From NCBI GenBank assembly GCA_964057225.1, contig OZ059897.1, positions 4,402,001 to 4,466,000 of the forward strand: DNA of 64,000 nucleotides, given 5' to 3'. The stretch is from Auanema rhodensis (taxonomy: Eukaryota; Animalia; Nematoda). The notes under the pieces were generated by a model. That model ran no database searches. It was not told the DNA's origin and saw only the letters and a program-made list of their open reading frames with translations. The first letter of the stretch is position 1. Each line of letters begins with the position of its first letter. Made by a program: the position numbers and the translations under genes. Shown here piece after piece: positions 26,501 through 40,700 of the stretch.

Positions 26501-27650
26501 CGATCATAACTAATTTTTGTATAGAGCGTTTCTCAATGTAGTATAGTGCATTCGATGCGGATTTTTGAGCTGCGTTGATCTGTGTTATCAGATTTGCGCT
26601 AGCTTAAAAATGCACCGAGTAATCAACTGATATAGGTTCACACTTATATCCTCGATTTTCACCCTGAAGAATTAATTTTTTCGTTGAATAACATTGTCCA
26701 TCGTCTTTGCCTTGAGAAAAGAAATCTAAAAACTCCTACTTTTTGTGAAATTATTTAGAAATTTTTCGGGAAAATTTTTGTCACAATGTTTTTGGAAGCA
26801 ATGTTGAGTGTACATGGGAACTCAGCATACACTAATGCATTATTTTTCAAACGATCATAACTAATTTTTGTATAGAGCGTTTCTCAATGTAGTATAGTGC
26901 ATTCGATGCGGATTTTTAAGCTGCGTCGATCTGTGTTATCAGATTTGAGTTAGCTTAAAAATGCACCGAGATATCAACTGATATATGTTCACACTTATAT
27001 CCTCGATTTTCACCCTGAAGAAATGATTTTTTCGTTGAAAAACATTGTCCATCGTATTCGTCTTGAAAAAAGGAATCTAAAAACATCTACTTTTTGTGAA
27101 ATTATTTAGAAATTTTTCGGGAAAATTTTTGTCACAATGTTTTTGGAAGCAATGTTGAGTGTACATGGGAACTCAGCATACACTAATGCATTATTTTTCA
27201 AACGATCATAACTAATTTTTGTATAGAGCGTTTCTCAATGTAGTATAGTGCATTCGATGCGGATTTTTGAGCTGCGTTGATCTGTGTTATCAGATTTGCG
27301 CTAGCTTAAAAATGCACCGAGTAATCAACTGATATAGGTTCACACTTATATCCTCGATTTTCACCCTGAAGAATTAATTTTTTCGTTGAATAACATTGTC
27401 CATCGTCTTTGCCTTGAGAAAAGAAATCTAAAAACTCCTACTTTTTGTGAAATTATTTAGAAATTTTTCGGGAAAATTTTTGTCACAATGTTTTTGGAAG
27501 CAATGTTGAGTGTACATGGGAACTCAGCATACACTAATGCATTATTTTTCAAACGATCATAACTAATTTTTGTATAGAGCGTTTCTCAATGTAGTATAGT
27601 GCATTCGATGCGGATTTTTGAGTTGCGTTGATCTGTGTTATCAGATTTGC
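20600..27650 (+). repeat. Block duplication: an 11-monomer unit followed by a 9-monomer copy; boundaries approximate
   Basis: caaacAatc at 20886/24747 and gatatcGact at 21009/24870 are 3861 bp apart (11x351). aaaaaTatt at 22480+22831/25639+25990 and the ORFs 22109/25268 are 3159 bp apart (9x351). Confidence 0.75.
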
Positions 27651-30600
27651 GCTAGCTTAAAAATGCACCGAGTAATCAACTGATATATGTTCACACTTAT
27701 ATCCTCGATTTTCACCCTGAAGAAATGATTTTTTCGTTGAAAAACATTGTCCATCGTATTCGTCTTGAAAAAAGGAATCTAAAAACATCTACTTTTTGTG
27801 AAATTATTTAGAAATTTTTCGGGAAAATTTTTGTCAAAATGTTTTTGGAAGCAATGTTGAGTGTACATGGGAACTCAACATACACTAATGCATTATTTTT
27901 CAAACGATCATAACTAATTTTTGTATGGAGCGTTTCTCAATGTAGTATAGTGCATTCGATGCGGATTTTTAAGCTGCGTTGATCTGTGTTATCAGATTTG
28001 CGCTAGCTTAAAAATGCACCGAGTAATCAACTGATATATGTTCACACTTATATCCTCGATTTTCACCCTGAAGAATTAATTTTTTCGTTGAAAAACATTG
28101 TCCATCGTATTCGTCTTGAAAAAAGGAATCTAAAAACATCTACTTTTTGTGAAATTATTTAGAAATTTTTCGGGAAAATTTTTGTCACAATGTTTTTGGA
28201 AGCAATGTTGAGTGTACATGGGAACTCAGCATACACTAATGCATTATTTTTCAAACGATCATAACTAATTTTTGTATAGAGCGTTTCTCAATGTAGTATA
28301 GTGCATTCGATGCGGATTTTTGAGTTGCGTTGATCTGTGTTATCAGATTTGCGCTAGCTTAAAAATGCACCGAGTAATCAACTGATATATGTTCACACTT
28401 ATATCCTCAATTTTCACCCTGAAGAAATGATTTTTTCGTTGAAAAACATTGTCCATCGTATTCGTCTTGAAAAAAGGAATCTAAAAACATCTACTTTTTG
28501 TGAAATTATTTAGAAATTTTTCGGGAAAATTTTTGTCACAATGTTTTTGGAAGCAATGTTAAGTGTACATGGGAACTCAGCATACACTAATGCATTATTT
28601 TTCAAACTATCATAACTAAATTTTGTATTAAGCGTTTCTCAATGTGGTATAGTGCATTCGATGCGGATTTTTAAGCTGCGTCGATCTGTGTTATCAGATT
28701 TGCACTAGCTTAAAAATGCACCGAGATATCAACTGATATAAGTTCACACTTATATCCTCGATTTTCACCCTGAAGAATTAATTTTTTCGTTGAATAACAT
28801 TGTCCATCGTATTCGTCTTGAAAAAAGGAATCTAAAAACATCTACTTTTTGTGAAATTATTTAGAAATTTTTCGGGAAAATTTTTGTCACAATGTTTTTG
28901 GAAGCAATGTTGAGTGTACATGGGAACTCAGCATACACTAATGCATTATTTTTCAAACGATCATAACTAATTTTTGTATAGAGCGTTTCTCAATGTAGTA
29001 TAGTGCATTCGATGCGGATTTTTAATCTGCGTCGATCTGTGTTATCAGATTTGAGTTAGCTTAAAAATGCACCGAGATATCAACTGATATATGTTCACAC
29101 TTATATCCTCGATTTTCACCCTGAAGAAATGATTTTTTCGTTGAAAAACATTGTCCATCGTATTCGTCTTGAAAAAAAGAATCTAAAAACATCTACTTTT
29201 TGTGAAATTATTCAGAAATTTTTCGGGAAAATTTTTGTCAAAATGTTTTTGGAAGCAATGTTGAGTGTACATGGGAACTCAACATACACTAATGCATTAT
29301 TTTTCAAACGATCATAACTAATTTTTGTATGGAGCGTTTCTCAATGTAGTATAGTGCATTCGATGCGGATTTTTAAGCTGCGTTGATCTGTGTTATCAGA
29401 TTTGCGCTAGCTTAAAAATGCACCGAGTAATCAACTGATATAGGTTCACACTTATATCCTCGATTTTCACCCTGAAGAATTAATTTTTTCGTTGAATAAC
29501 ATTGTCCATCGTCTTTGCCTTGAGAAAAGAAATCTAAAAACTCCTACTTTTTGTGAAATTATTTAGAAATTTTTCGGGAAAATTTTTGTCACAATGTTTT
29601 TGGAAGCAATGTTGAGTGTACATGGGAACTCAGCATACACTAATGCATTATTTTTCAAACGATCATAACTAATTTTTGTATAGAGCGTTTCTCAATGTAG
29701 TATAGTGCATTCGATGCGGATTTTTAAGCTGCGTCGATCTGTGTTATCAGATTTGAGTTAGCTTGAAAATGCACCGAGATATCAACTGATATATGTTCAC
29801 ACTTATATCCTCGATTTTCACCCTGAAGAAATGATTTTTTCGTTGAAAAACATTGTCCATCGTATTCGTCTTGAAAAAAGGAATCTAAAAACATCTACTT
29901 TTTGTGAAATTATTTAGAAATTTTTCGGGAAAATTTTTGTCACAATGTTTTTGGAAGCAATGTTGAGTGTACATGGGAACTCAGCATACACTAATGCATT
30001 ATTTTTCAAACGATCATAACTAATTTTTGTATAGAGCGTTTCTCAATGTAGTATAGTGCATTCGATGCGGATTTTTAAGCTGCGTCGATCTGTGTTATCA
30101 GATTTGAGTTAGCTTAAAAATGCACCGAGATATCAACTGATATATGTTCACACTTATATCCTCGATTTTCACCCTGAAGAAATGATTTTTTCGTTGAAAA
30201 ACATTGTCCATCGTATTCGTCTTGAAAAAAAGAATCTAAAAACATCTACTTTTTGTGAAATTATTCAGAAATTTTTCGGGAAAATTTTTGTCAAAATGTT
30301 TTTGGAAGCAATGTTGAGTGTACATGGGAACTCAACATACACTAATGCATTATTTTTCAAACGATCATAACTAATTTTTGTATGGAGCGTTTCTCAATGT
30401 AGTATAGTGCATTCGATGCGGATTTTTAAGCTGCGTTGATCTGTGTTATCAGATTTGCGCTAGCTTAAAAATGCACCGAGTAATCAACTGATATAGGTTC
30501 ACACTTATATCCTCGATTTTCACCCTGAAGAATTAATTTTTTCGTTGAATAACATTGTCCATCGTCTTTGCCTTGAGAAAAGAAATCTAAAAACTCCTAC

Positions 30601-33600
30601 TTTTTGTGAAATTATTTAGAAATTTTTCGGGAAAATTTTTGTCACAATGTTTTTGGAAGCAATGTTGAGTGTACATGGGAACTCAGCATACACTAATGCA
30701 TTATTTTTCAAACGATAATAACTAATTTTTGTATAGAGCGTTTCTCAATGTAGTATAGTGCATTCGATGCGGATTTTCAAGCTGCGTCGATCTGTGTTAT
30801 CAGATTTGAGTTAGCTTAAAAATGCACCGAGATATCAACTGATATATGTTCACACTTATATCCTCGATTTTCACCCTGAAGAAATGATTTTTTCGTTGAA
30901 AAACATTGTCCATCGTATTCGTCTTGAAAAAAAGAATCTAAAAACATCTACTTTTTGTGAAATTATTCAGAAATTTTTCGGGAAAATTTTTGTCAAAATG
31001 TTTTTGGAAGCAATGTTGAGTGTACATGGGAACTCAGCATACACTAATGCATTATTTTTCAAACGATCATAACTAATTTTTGTATAGAGCGTTTCTCAAT
31101 GTAGTATAGTGCATTCGATGCGGATTTTTAAGCTGCGTCGATCTGTGTTATCAGATTTGAGTTAGCTTAAAAATGCACCGAGATATCAACTGATATATGT
31201 TCACACTTATATCCTCGATTTTCACCCTGAAGAAATGATTTTTTCGTTGAAAAACATTGTCCATCGTATTCGTCTTGAAAAAAAGAATCTAAAAACATCT
31301 ACTTTTTGTGAAATTATTCAGAAATTTTTCGGGAAAATTTTTGTCAAAATGTTTTTGGAAGCAATGTTGAGTGTACATGGGAACTCAACATACACTAATG
31401 CATTATTTTTCAAACGATCATAACTAATTTTTGTATGGAGCGTTTCTCAATGTAGTATAGTGCATTCGATGCGGATTTTTAAGCTGCGTTGATCTGTGTT
31501 ATCAGATTTGCGCTAGCTTAAAAATGCACCGAGTAATCAACTGATATAGGTTCACACTTATATCCTCGATTTTCACCCTGAAGAATTAATTTTTTCGTTG
31601 AATAACATTGTCCATCGTCTTTGCCTTGAGAAAAGAAATCTAAAAACTCCTACTTTTTGTGAAATTATTTAGAAATTTTTCGGGAAAATTTTTGTCACAA
31701 TGTTTTTGGAAGCAATGTTGAGTGTACATGGGAACTCAGCATACACTAATGCATTATTTTTCAAACGATCATAACTAATTTTTGTATAGAGCGTTTCTCA
31801 ATGTAGTATAGTGCATTCGATGCGGATTTTTAAGCTGCGTCGATCTGTGTTATCAGATTTGAGTTAGCTTAAAAATGCACTGAGATATCAACTGATATAT
31901 GTTCACACTTATATCCTCAATTTTCACCCTGAAGAAATGATTTTTTCGTTGAAAAACATTGTCCATCGTATTCGTCTTGAAAAAAGGAATCTAAAAACAT
32001 CTACTTTTTGTGAAATTATTCAGAAATTTTTCGGGAAAATTTTTGTCAAAATGTTTTTGGAAGCAATGTTGAGTGTACATGGGAACTCAACATACACTAA
32101 TGCATTATTTTTCAAACGATCATAACTAATTTTTGTATGGAGCGTTTCTCAATGTAGTATAGTGCATTCGATGCGGATTTTTAAGCTGCGTCGATCTGTG
32201 TTATCAGATTTGAGTTAGCTTAAAAATGCACCGAGATATCAACTGATATATGTTCACACTTATATCCTCGATTTTCACCCTGAAGAAATGATTTTTTCGT
32301 TGAAAAACATTGTCCATCGTATTCGTCTTGAAAAAAAGAATCTAAAAACATCTACTTTTTGTGAAATTATTCAGAAATTTTTCGGGAAAATTTTTGTCAA
32401 AATGTTTTTGGAAGCAATGTTGAGTGTACATGGGAACTCAACATACACTAATGCATTATTTTTCAAACGATCATAACTAATTTTTGTATGGAGCGTTTCT
32501 CAATGTAGTATAGTGCATTCGATGCGGATTTTTAAGCTGCGTTGATCTGTGTTATCAGATTTGCGCTAGCTTAAAAATGCACCGAGTAATCAACTGATAT
32601 AGGTTCACACTTATATCCTCGATTTTCACCCTGAAGAATTAATTTTTTCGTTGAATAACATTGTCCATCGTCTTTGCCTTGAGAAAAGAAATCTAAAAAC
32701 TCCTACTTTTTGTGAAATTATTTAGAAATTTTTCGGGAAAATTTTTGTCACAATGTTTTTGGAAGCAATGTTGAGTGTACATGGGAACTCAGCATACACT
32801 AATGCATTATTTTTCAAACGATCATAACTAATTTTTGTATAGAGCGTTTCTCAATGTAGTATAGTGCATTCGATGCGGATTTTTAAGCTGCGTCGATCTG
32901 TGTTATCAGATTTGAGTTAGCTTAAAAATGCACTGAGATATCAACTGATATATGTTCACACTTATATCCTCAATTTTCACCCTGAAGAAATGATTTTTTC
33001 GTTGAAAAACATTGTCCATCGTATTCGTCTTGAAAAAAAGAATCTAAAAACATCTACTTTTTGTGAAATTATTCAGAAATTTTTCGGGAAAATTTTTGTC
33101 AAAATGTTTTTGGAAGCAATGTTGAGTGTACATGGGAACTCAACATACACTAATGCATTATTTTTCAAACGATCATAACTAATTTTTGTATGGAGCGTTT
33201 CTCAATGTAGTATAGTGCATTCGATGCGGATTTTTAAGCTGCGTTGATCTGTGTTATCAGATTTGCGCTAGCTTAAAAATGCACCGAGTAATCAACTGAT
33301 ATAGGTTCACACTTATATCCTCGATTTTCACCCTGAAGAATTAATTTTTTCGTTGAATAACATTGTCCATCGTCTTTGCCTTGAGAAAAGAAATCTAAAA
33401 ACTCCTACTTTTTGTGAAATTATTTAGAAATTTTTCGGGAAAATTTTTGTCACAATGTTTTTGGAAGCAATGTTGAGTGTACATGGGAACTCAGCATACA
33501 CTAATGCATTATTTTTCAAACGATCATAACTAATTTTTGTATAGAGCGTTTCTCAATGTAGTATAGTGCATTCGATGCGGATTTTTAAGCTGCGTCGATC

Positions 33601-36600
33601 TGTGTTATCAGATTTGAGTTAGCTTGAAAATGCACCGAGATATCAACTGATATATGTTCACACTTATATCCTCGATTTTCACCCTGAAGAAATGATTTTT
33701 TCGTTGAAAAACATTGTCCATCGTATTCGTCTTGAAAAAAGGAATCTAAAAACATCTACTTTTTGTGAAATTATTCAGAAATTTTTCGGGAAAATTTTTG
33801 TCACAATGTTTTTGGAAGCAATGTTGAGTGTACATGGGAACTCAGCATACACTAATGCATTATTTTTCAAACGATCATAACTAATTTTTGTATAGAGCGT
33901 TTCTCAATGTAGTATAGTGCATTCGATGCGGATTTTTAAGCTGCGTCGATCTGTGTTATCAGATTTGAGTTAGCTTAAAAATGCACCGAGATATCAACTG
34001 ATATATGTTCACACTTATATCCTCGATTTTCACCCTGAAGAAATGATTTTTTCGTTGAAAAACATTGTCCATCGTATTCGTCTTGAAAAAAAGAATCTAA
34101 AAACATCTACTTTTTGTGAAATTATTCAGAAATTTTTCGGGAAAATTTTTGTCAAAATGTTTTTGGAAGCAATGTTGAGTGTACATGGGAACTCAACATA
34201 CACTAATGCATTATTTTTCAAACGATCATAACTAATTTTTGTATGGAGCGTTTCTCAATGTAGTATAGTGCATTCGATGCGGATTTTTAAGCTGCGTTGA
34301 TCTGTGTTATCAGATTTGCGCTAGCTTAAAAATGCACCGAGTAATCAACTGATATAGGTTCACACTTATATCCTCGATTTTCACCCTGAAGAATTAATTT
34401 TTTCGTTGAATAACATTGTCCATCGTCTTTGCCTTGAGAAAAGAAATCTAAAAACTCCTACTTTTTGTGAAATTATTTAGAAATTTTTCGGGAAAATTTT
34501 TGTCACAATGTTTTTGGAAGCAATGTTGAGTGTACATGGGAACTCAGCATACACTAATGCATTATTTTTCAAACGATCATAACTAATTTTTGTATAGAGC
34601 GTTTCTCAATGTAGTATAGTGCATTCGATGCGGATTTTTGAGTTGCGTTGATCTGTGTTATCAGATTTGCGCTAGCTTAAAAATGCACCGAGTAATCAAC
34701 TGATATAGGTTCACACTTATATCCTCGATTTTCACCCTGAAGAATTAATTTTTTCGTTGAATAACATTGTCCATCGTCTTTGCCTTGAGAAAAGAAATCT
34801 AAAAACTCCTACTTTTTGTGAAATTATTTAGAAATTTTTCGGGAAAATTTTTGTCACAATGTTTTTGGAAGCAATGTTGAGTGTACATGGGAACTCAGCA
34901 TACACTAATGCATTATTTTTCAAACGATCATAACTAATTTTTGTATAGAGCGTTTCTCAATGTAGTATAGTGCATTCGATGCGGATTTTTAAGCTGCGTC
35001 GATCTGTGTTATCAGATTTGAGTTAGCTTGAAAATGCACCGAGATATCAACTGATATATGTTCACACTTATATCCTCGATTTTCACCCTGAAGAAATGAT
35101 TTTTTCGTTGAAAAACATTGTCCATCGTATTCGTCTTGAAAAAAGGAATCTAAAAACATCTACTTTTTGTGAAATTATTTAGAAATTTTTCGGGAAAATT
35201 TTTGTCACAATGTTTTTAGAAGCAATGTTGAGTGTACATGGGAACTCAACATACACTAATGCATTATTTTTCAAACGATCATAACTAATTTTTGTATGGA
35301 GCGTTTCTCAATGTAGTATAGTGCATTCGATGCGGATTTTTAAGCTGCGTCGATCTGTGTTATCAGATTTGAGTTAGCTTAAAAATGCACCGAGATATCA
35401 ACTGATATATGTTCACACTTATATCCTCGATTTTCACCCTGAAGAAATGATTTTTTCGTTGAAAAACATTGTCCATCGTATTCGTCTTGAAAAAAAGAAT
35501 CTAAAAACATCTACTTTTTGTGAAATTATTCAGAAATTTTTTGGGAAAATTTTTGTCAAAATGTTTTTGGAAGCAATGTTGAGTGTACATGGGAACTCAA
35601 CATACACTAATGCATTATTTTTCAAACGATCATAACTAATTTTTGTATGGAGCGTTTCTCAATGTAGTATAGTGCATTCGATGCGGATTTTTGAGCTGCG
35701 TTGATCTGTGTTATCAGATTTGCGCTAGCTTAAAAATGCACCGAGTAATCAACTGATATAGGTTCACACTTATATCCTCGATTTTCACCCTGAAGAATTA
35801 ATTTTTTCGTTGAATAACATTGTCCATCGTATTCGTCTTGAAAAAAAGAATCTAAAAACATCTACTTTTTGTGAAATTATTCAGAAATTTTTCGGGAAAA
35901 TTTTTGTCAAAATGTTTTTGGAAGCAATGTTGAGTGTACATGGGAACTCAACATACACTAATGCATTATTTTTCAAACGATCATAACTAATTTTTGTATG
36001 GAGCGTTTCTCAATGTAGTATAGTGCATTCGATGCGGATTTTTAAGCTGCGTCGATCTGTGTTATCAGATTTGAGTTAGCTTAAAAATGCACCGAGATAT
36101 CAACTGATATATGTTCACACTTATATCCTCGATTTTCACCCTGAAGAAATGATTTTTTCGTTGAAAAACATTGTCCATCGTATTCGTCTTGAAAAAAAGA
36201 ATCTAAAAACATCTACTTTTTGTGAAATTATTCAGAAATTTTTCGGGAAAATTTTTGTCAAAATGTTTTTGGAAGCAATGTTGAGTGTACATGGGAACTC
36301 AACATACACTAATGCATTATTTTTCAAACGATCATAACTAATTTTTGTATGGAGCGTTTCTCAATGTAGTATAGTGCATTCGATGCGGATTTTTAAGCTG
36401 CGTTGATCTGTGTTATCAGATTTGCGCTAGCTTAAAAATGCACCGAGTAATCAACTGATATAGGTTCACACTTATATCCTCGATTTTCACCCTGAAGAAT
36501 TAATTTTTTCGTTGAATAACATTGTCCATCGTCTTTGCCTTGAGAAAAGAAATCTAAAAACTCCTACTTTTTGTGAAATTATTTAGAAATTTTTCGGGAA

Positions 36601-37799
36601 AATTTTTGTCACAATGTTTTTGGAAGCAATGTTGAGTGTACATGGGAACTCAGCATACACTAATGCATTATTTTTCAAACGATCATAACTAATTTTTGTA
36701 TAGAGCGTTTCTCAATGTAGTATAGTGCATTCGATGCGGATTTTTAAGCTGCGTCGATCTGTGTTATCAGATTTGAGTTAGCTTAAAAATGCACCGAGAT
36801 ATCAACTGATATATGTTCACACTTATATCCTCGATTTTCACCCTGAAGAAATGATTTTTTCGTTGAAAAACATTGTCCATCGTATTCGTCTTGAAAAAAA
36901 GAATCTAAAAACATCTACTTTTTGTGAAATTATTCAGAAATTTTTCGGGAAAATTTTTGTCAAAATGTTTTTGGAAGCAATGTTGAGTGTACATGGGAAC
37001 TCAACATACACTAATGCATTATTTTTCAAACGATCATAACTAATTTTTGTATGGAGCGTTTCTCAATGTAGTATAGTGCATTCGATGCGGATTTTTGAGC
37101 TGCGTTGATCTGTGTTATCAGATTTGCGCTAGCTTAAAAATGCACCGAGTAATCAACTGATATAGGTTCACACTTATATCCTCGATTTTCACCCTGAAGA
37201 ATTAATTTTTTCGTTGAATAACATTGTCCATCGTCTTTGCCTTGAGAAAAGAAATCTAAAAACTCCTACTTTTTGTGAAATTATTAAGAAATTTTTCGGG
37301 AAAATTTTTGTCACAATGTTTTTGGAAGCAATGTTGAGTGTACATGGGAACTCAGCATACACTAATGCATTATTTTTCAAACGATCATAACTAATTTTTG
37401 TATAGAGCGTTTCTCAATGTAGTATAGTGCATTCGATGCGGATTTTTGAGTTGCGTTGATCTGTGTTATCAGATTTGCGCTAGCTTAAAAATGCACCGAG
37501 TAATCAACTGATATATGTTCACACTTATATCCTCGATTTTCACCCTGAAGAAATGATTTTTTCGTTGAAAAACATTGTCCATCGTATTCGTCTTGAAAAA
37601 AGGAATCTAAAAACATCTACTTTTTGTGAAATTATTTAGAAATTTTTCGGGAAAATTTTTGTCACAATGTTTTTGGAAGCAATGTTGAGTGTACATGGGA
37701 ACTCAGCATACACTAATGCATTATTTTTCAAACGATCATAACTAATTTTTGTATAGAGCGTTTCTCAATGTAGTATAGTGCATTCGATGCGGATTTTTA

Positions 37800-40700
37800 A
37801 GCTGCGTCGATCTGTGTTATCAGATTTGAGTTAGCTTAAAAATGCACCGAGATATCAACTGATATATGTTCACACTTATATCCTCGATTTTCACCCTGAA
37901 GAAATGATTTTTTCGTTGAAAAACATTGTCCATCGTATTCGTCTTGAAAAAAAGAATCTAAAAACATCTACTTTTTGTGAAATTATTCAGAAATTTTTCG
38001 GGAAAATTTTTGTCAAAATGTTTTTGGAAGCAATGTTGAGTGTACATGGGAACTCAACATACACTAATGCATTATTTTTCAAACGATCATAACTAATTTT
38101 TGTATGGAGCGTTTCTCAATGTAGTATAGTGCATTCGATGCGGATTTTTAAGCTGCGTTGATCTGTGTTATCAGATTTGCGCTAGCTTAAAAATGCACCG
38201 AGTAATCAACTGATATAGGTTCACACTTATATCCTCGATTTTCACCCTGAAGAATTAATTTTTTCGTTGAATAACATTGTCCATCGTCTTTGCCTTGAGA
38301 AAAGAAATCTAAAAACTCCTACTTTTTGTGAAATTATTTAGAAATTTTTCGGGAAAATTTTTGTCACAATGTTTTTGGAAGCAATGTTGAGTGTACATGG
38401 GAACTCAGCATACACTAATGCATTATTTTTCAAACGATCATAACTAATTTTTGTATAGAGCGTTTCTCAATGTAGTATAGTGCATTCGATGCGGATTTTT
38501 AAGCTGCGTCGATCTGTGTTATCAGATTTGAGTTAGCTTAAAAATGCACTGAGATATCAACTGATATATGTTCACACTTATATCCTCAATTTTCACCCTG
38601 AAGAAATGATTTTTTCGTTGAAAAACATTGTCCATCGTATTCGTCTTGAAAAAAAGAATCTAAAAACATCTACTTTTTGTGAAATTATTCAGAAATTTTT
38701 CGGGAAAATTTTTGTCAAAATGTTTTTGGAAGCAATGTTGAGTGTACATGGGAACTCAACATACACTAATGCATTATTTTTCAAACGATCATAACTAATT
38801 TTTGTATGGAGCGTTTCTCAATGTAGTATAGTGCATTCGATGCGGATTTTTAAGCTGCGTTGATCTGTGTTATCAGATTTGCGCTAGCTTAAAAATGCAC
38901 CGAGTAATCAACTGATATAGGTTCACACTTATATCCTCGATTTTCACCCTGAAGAATTAATTTTTTCGTTGAATAACATTGTCCATCGTCTTTGCCTTGA
39001 GAAAAGAAATCTAAAAACTCCTACTTTTTGTGAAATTATTTAGAAATTTTTCGGGAAAATTTTTGTCACAATGTTTTTGGAAGCAATGTTGAGTGTACAT
39101 GGGAACTCAGCATACACTAATGCATTATTTTTCAAACGATCATAACTAATTTTTGTATAGAGCGTTTCTCAATGTAGTATAGTGCATTCGATGCGGATTT
39201 TTAAGCTGCGTCGATCTGTGTTATCAGATTTGAGTTAGCTTAAAAATGCACTGAGATATCAACTGATATATGTTCACACTTATATCCTCAATTTTCACCC
39301 TGAAGAAATGATTTTTTCGTTGAAAAACATTGTCCATCGTATTCGTCTTGAAAAAAAGAATCTAAAAACATCTACTTTTTGTGAAATTATTCAGAAATTT
39401 TTCGGGAAAATTTTTGTCAAAATGTTTTTGGAAGCAATGTTGAGTGTACATGGGAACTCAACATACACTAATGCATTATTTTTCAAACGATCATAACTAA
39501 TTTTTGTATGGAGCGTTTCTCAATGTAGTATAGTGCATTCGATGCGGATTTTTAAGCTGCGTTGATCTGTGTTATCAGATTTGCGCTAGCTTAAAAATGC
39601 ACCGAGTAATCAACTGATATAGGTTCACACTTATATCCTCGATTTTCACCCTGAAGAATTAATTTTTTCGTTGAATAACATTGTCCATCGTCTTTGCCTT
39701 GAGAAAAGAAATCTAAAAACTCCTACTTTTTGTGAAATTATTTAGAAATTTTTCGGGAAAATTTTTGTCACAATGTTTTTGGAAGCAATGTTGAGTGTAC
39801 ATGGGAACTCAGCATACACTAATGCATTATTTTTCAAACGATCATAACTAATTTTTGTATAGAGCGTTTCTCAATGTAGTATAGTGCATTCGATGCGGAT
39901 TTTTAAGCTGCGTCGATCTGTGTTATCAGATTTGAGTTAGCTTAAAAATGCACTGAGATATCAACTGATATATGTTCACACTTATATCCTCAATTTTCAC
40001 CCTGAAGAAATGATTTTTTCGTTGAAAAACATTGTCCATCGTATTCGTCTTGAAAAAAAGAATCTAAAAACATCTACTTTTTGTGAAATTATTCAGAAAT
40101 TTTTCGGGAAAATTTTTGTCAAAATGTTTTTGGAAGCAATGTTGAGTGTACATGGGAACTCAACATACACTAATGCATTATTTTTCAAACGATCATAACT
40201 AATTTTTGTATGGAGCGTTTCTCAATGTAGTATAGTGCATTCGATGCGGATTTTTAAGCTGCGTTGATCTGTGTTATCAGATTTGCGCTAGCTTAAAAAT
40301 GCACCGAGTAATCAACTGATATAGGTTCACACTTATATCCTCGATTTTCACCCTGAAGAATTAATTTTTTCGTTGAATAACATTGTCCATCGTCTTTGCC
40401 TTGAGAAAAGAAATCTAAAAACTCCTACTTTTTGTGAAATTATTTAGAAATTTTTCGGGAAAATTTTTGTCACAATGTTTTTGGAAGCAATGTTGAGTGT
40501 ACATGGGAACTCAGCATACACTAATGCATTATTTTTCAAACGATCATAACTAATTTTTGTATAGAGCGTTTCTCAATGTAGTATAGTGCATTCGATGCGG
40601 ATTTTTAAGCTGCGTCGATCTGTGTTATCAGATTTGAGTTAGCTTGAAAATGCACCGAGATATCAACTGATATATGTTCACACTTATATCCTCGATTTTC

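Noticed and set aside
21394-37380. Three 63-aa minus-strand ORFs (21394, 23149, 37189)
   Set aside because: Each arises from a different private substitution around attatttaga that removes an antisense stop codon, so they are chance ORFs.
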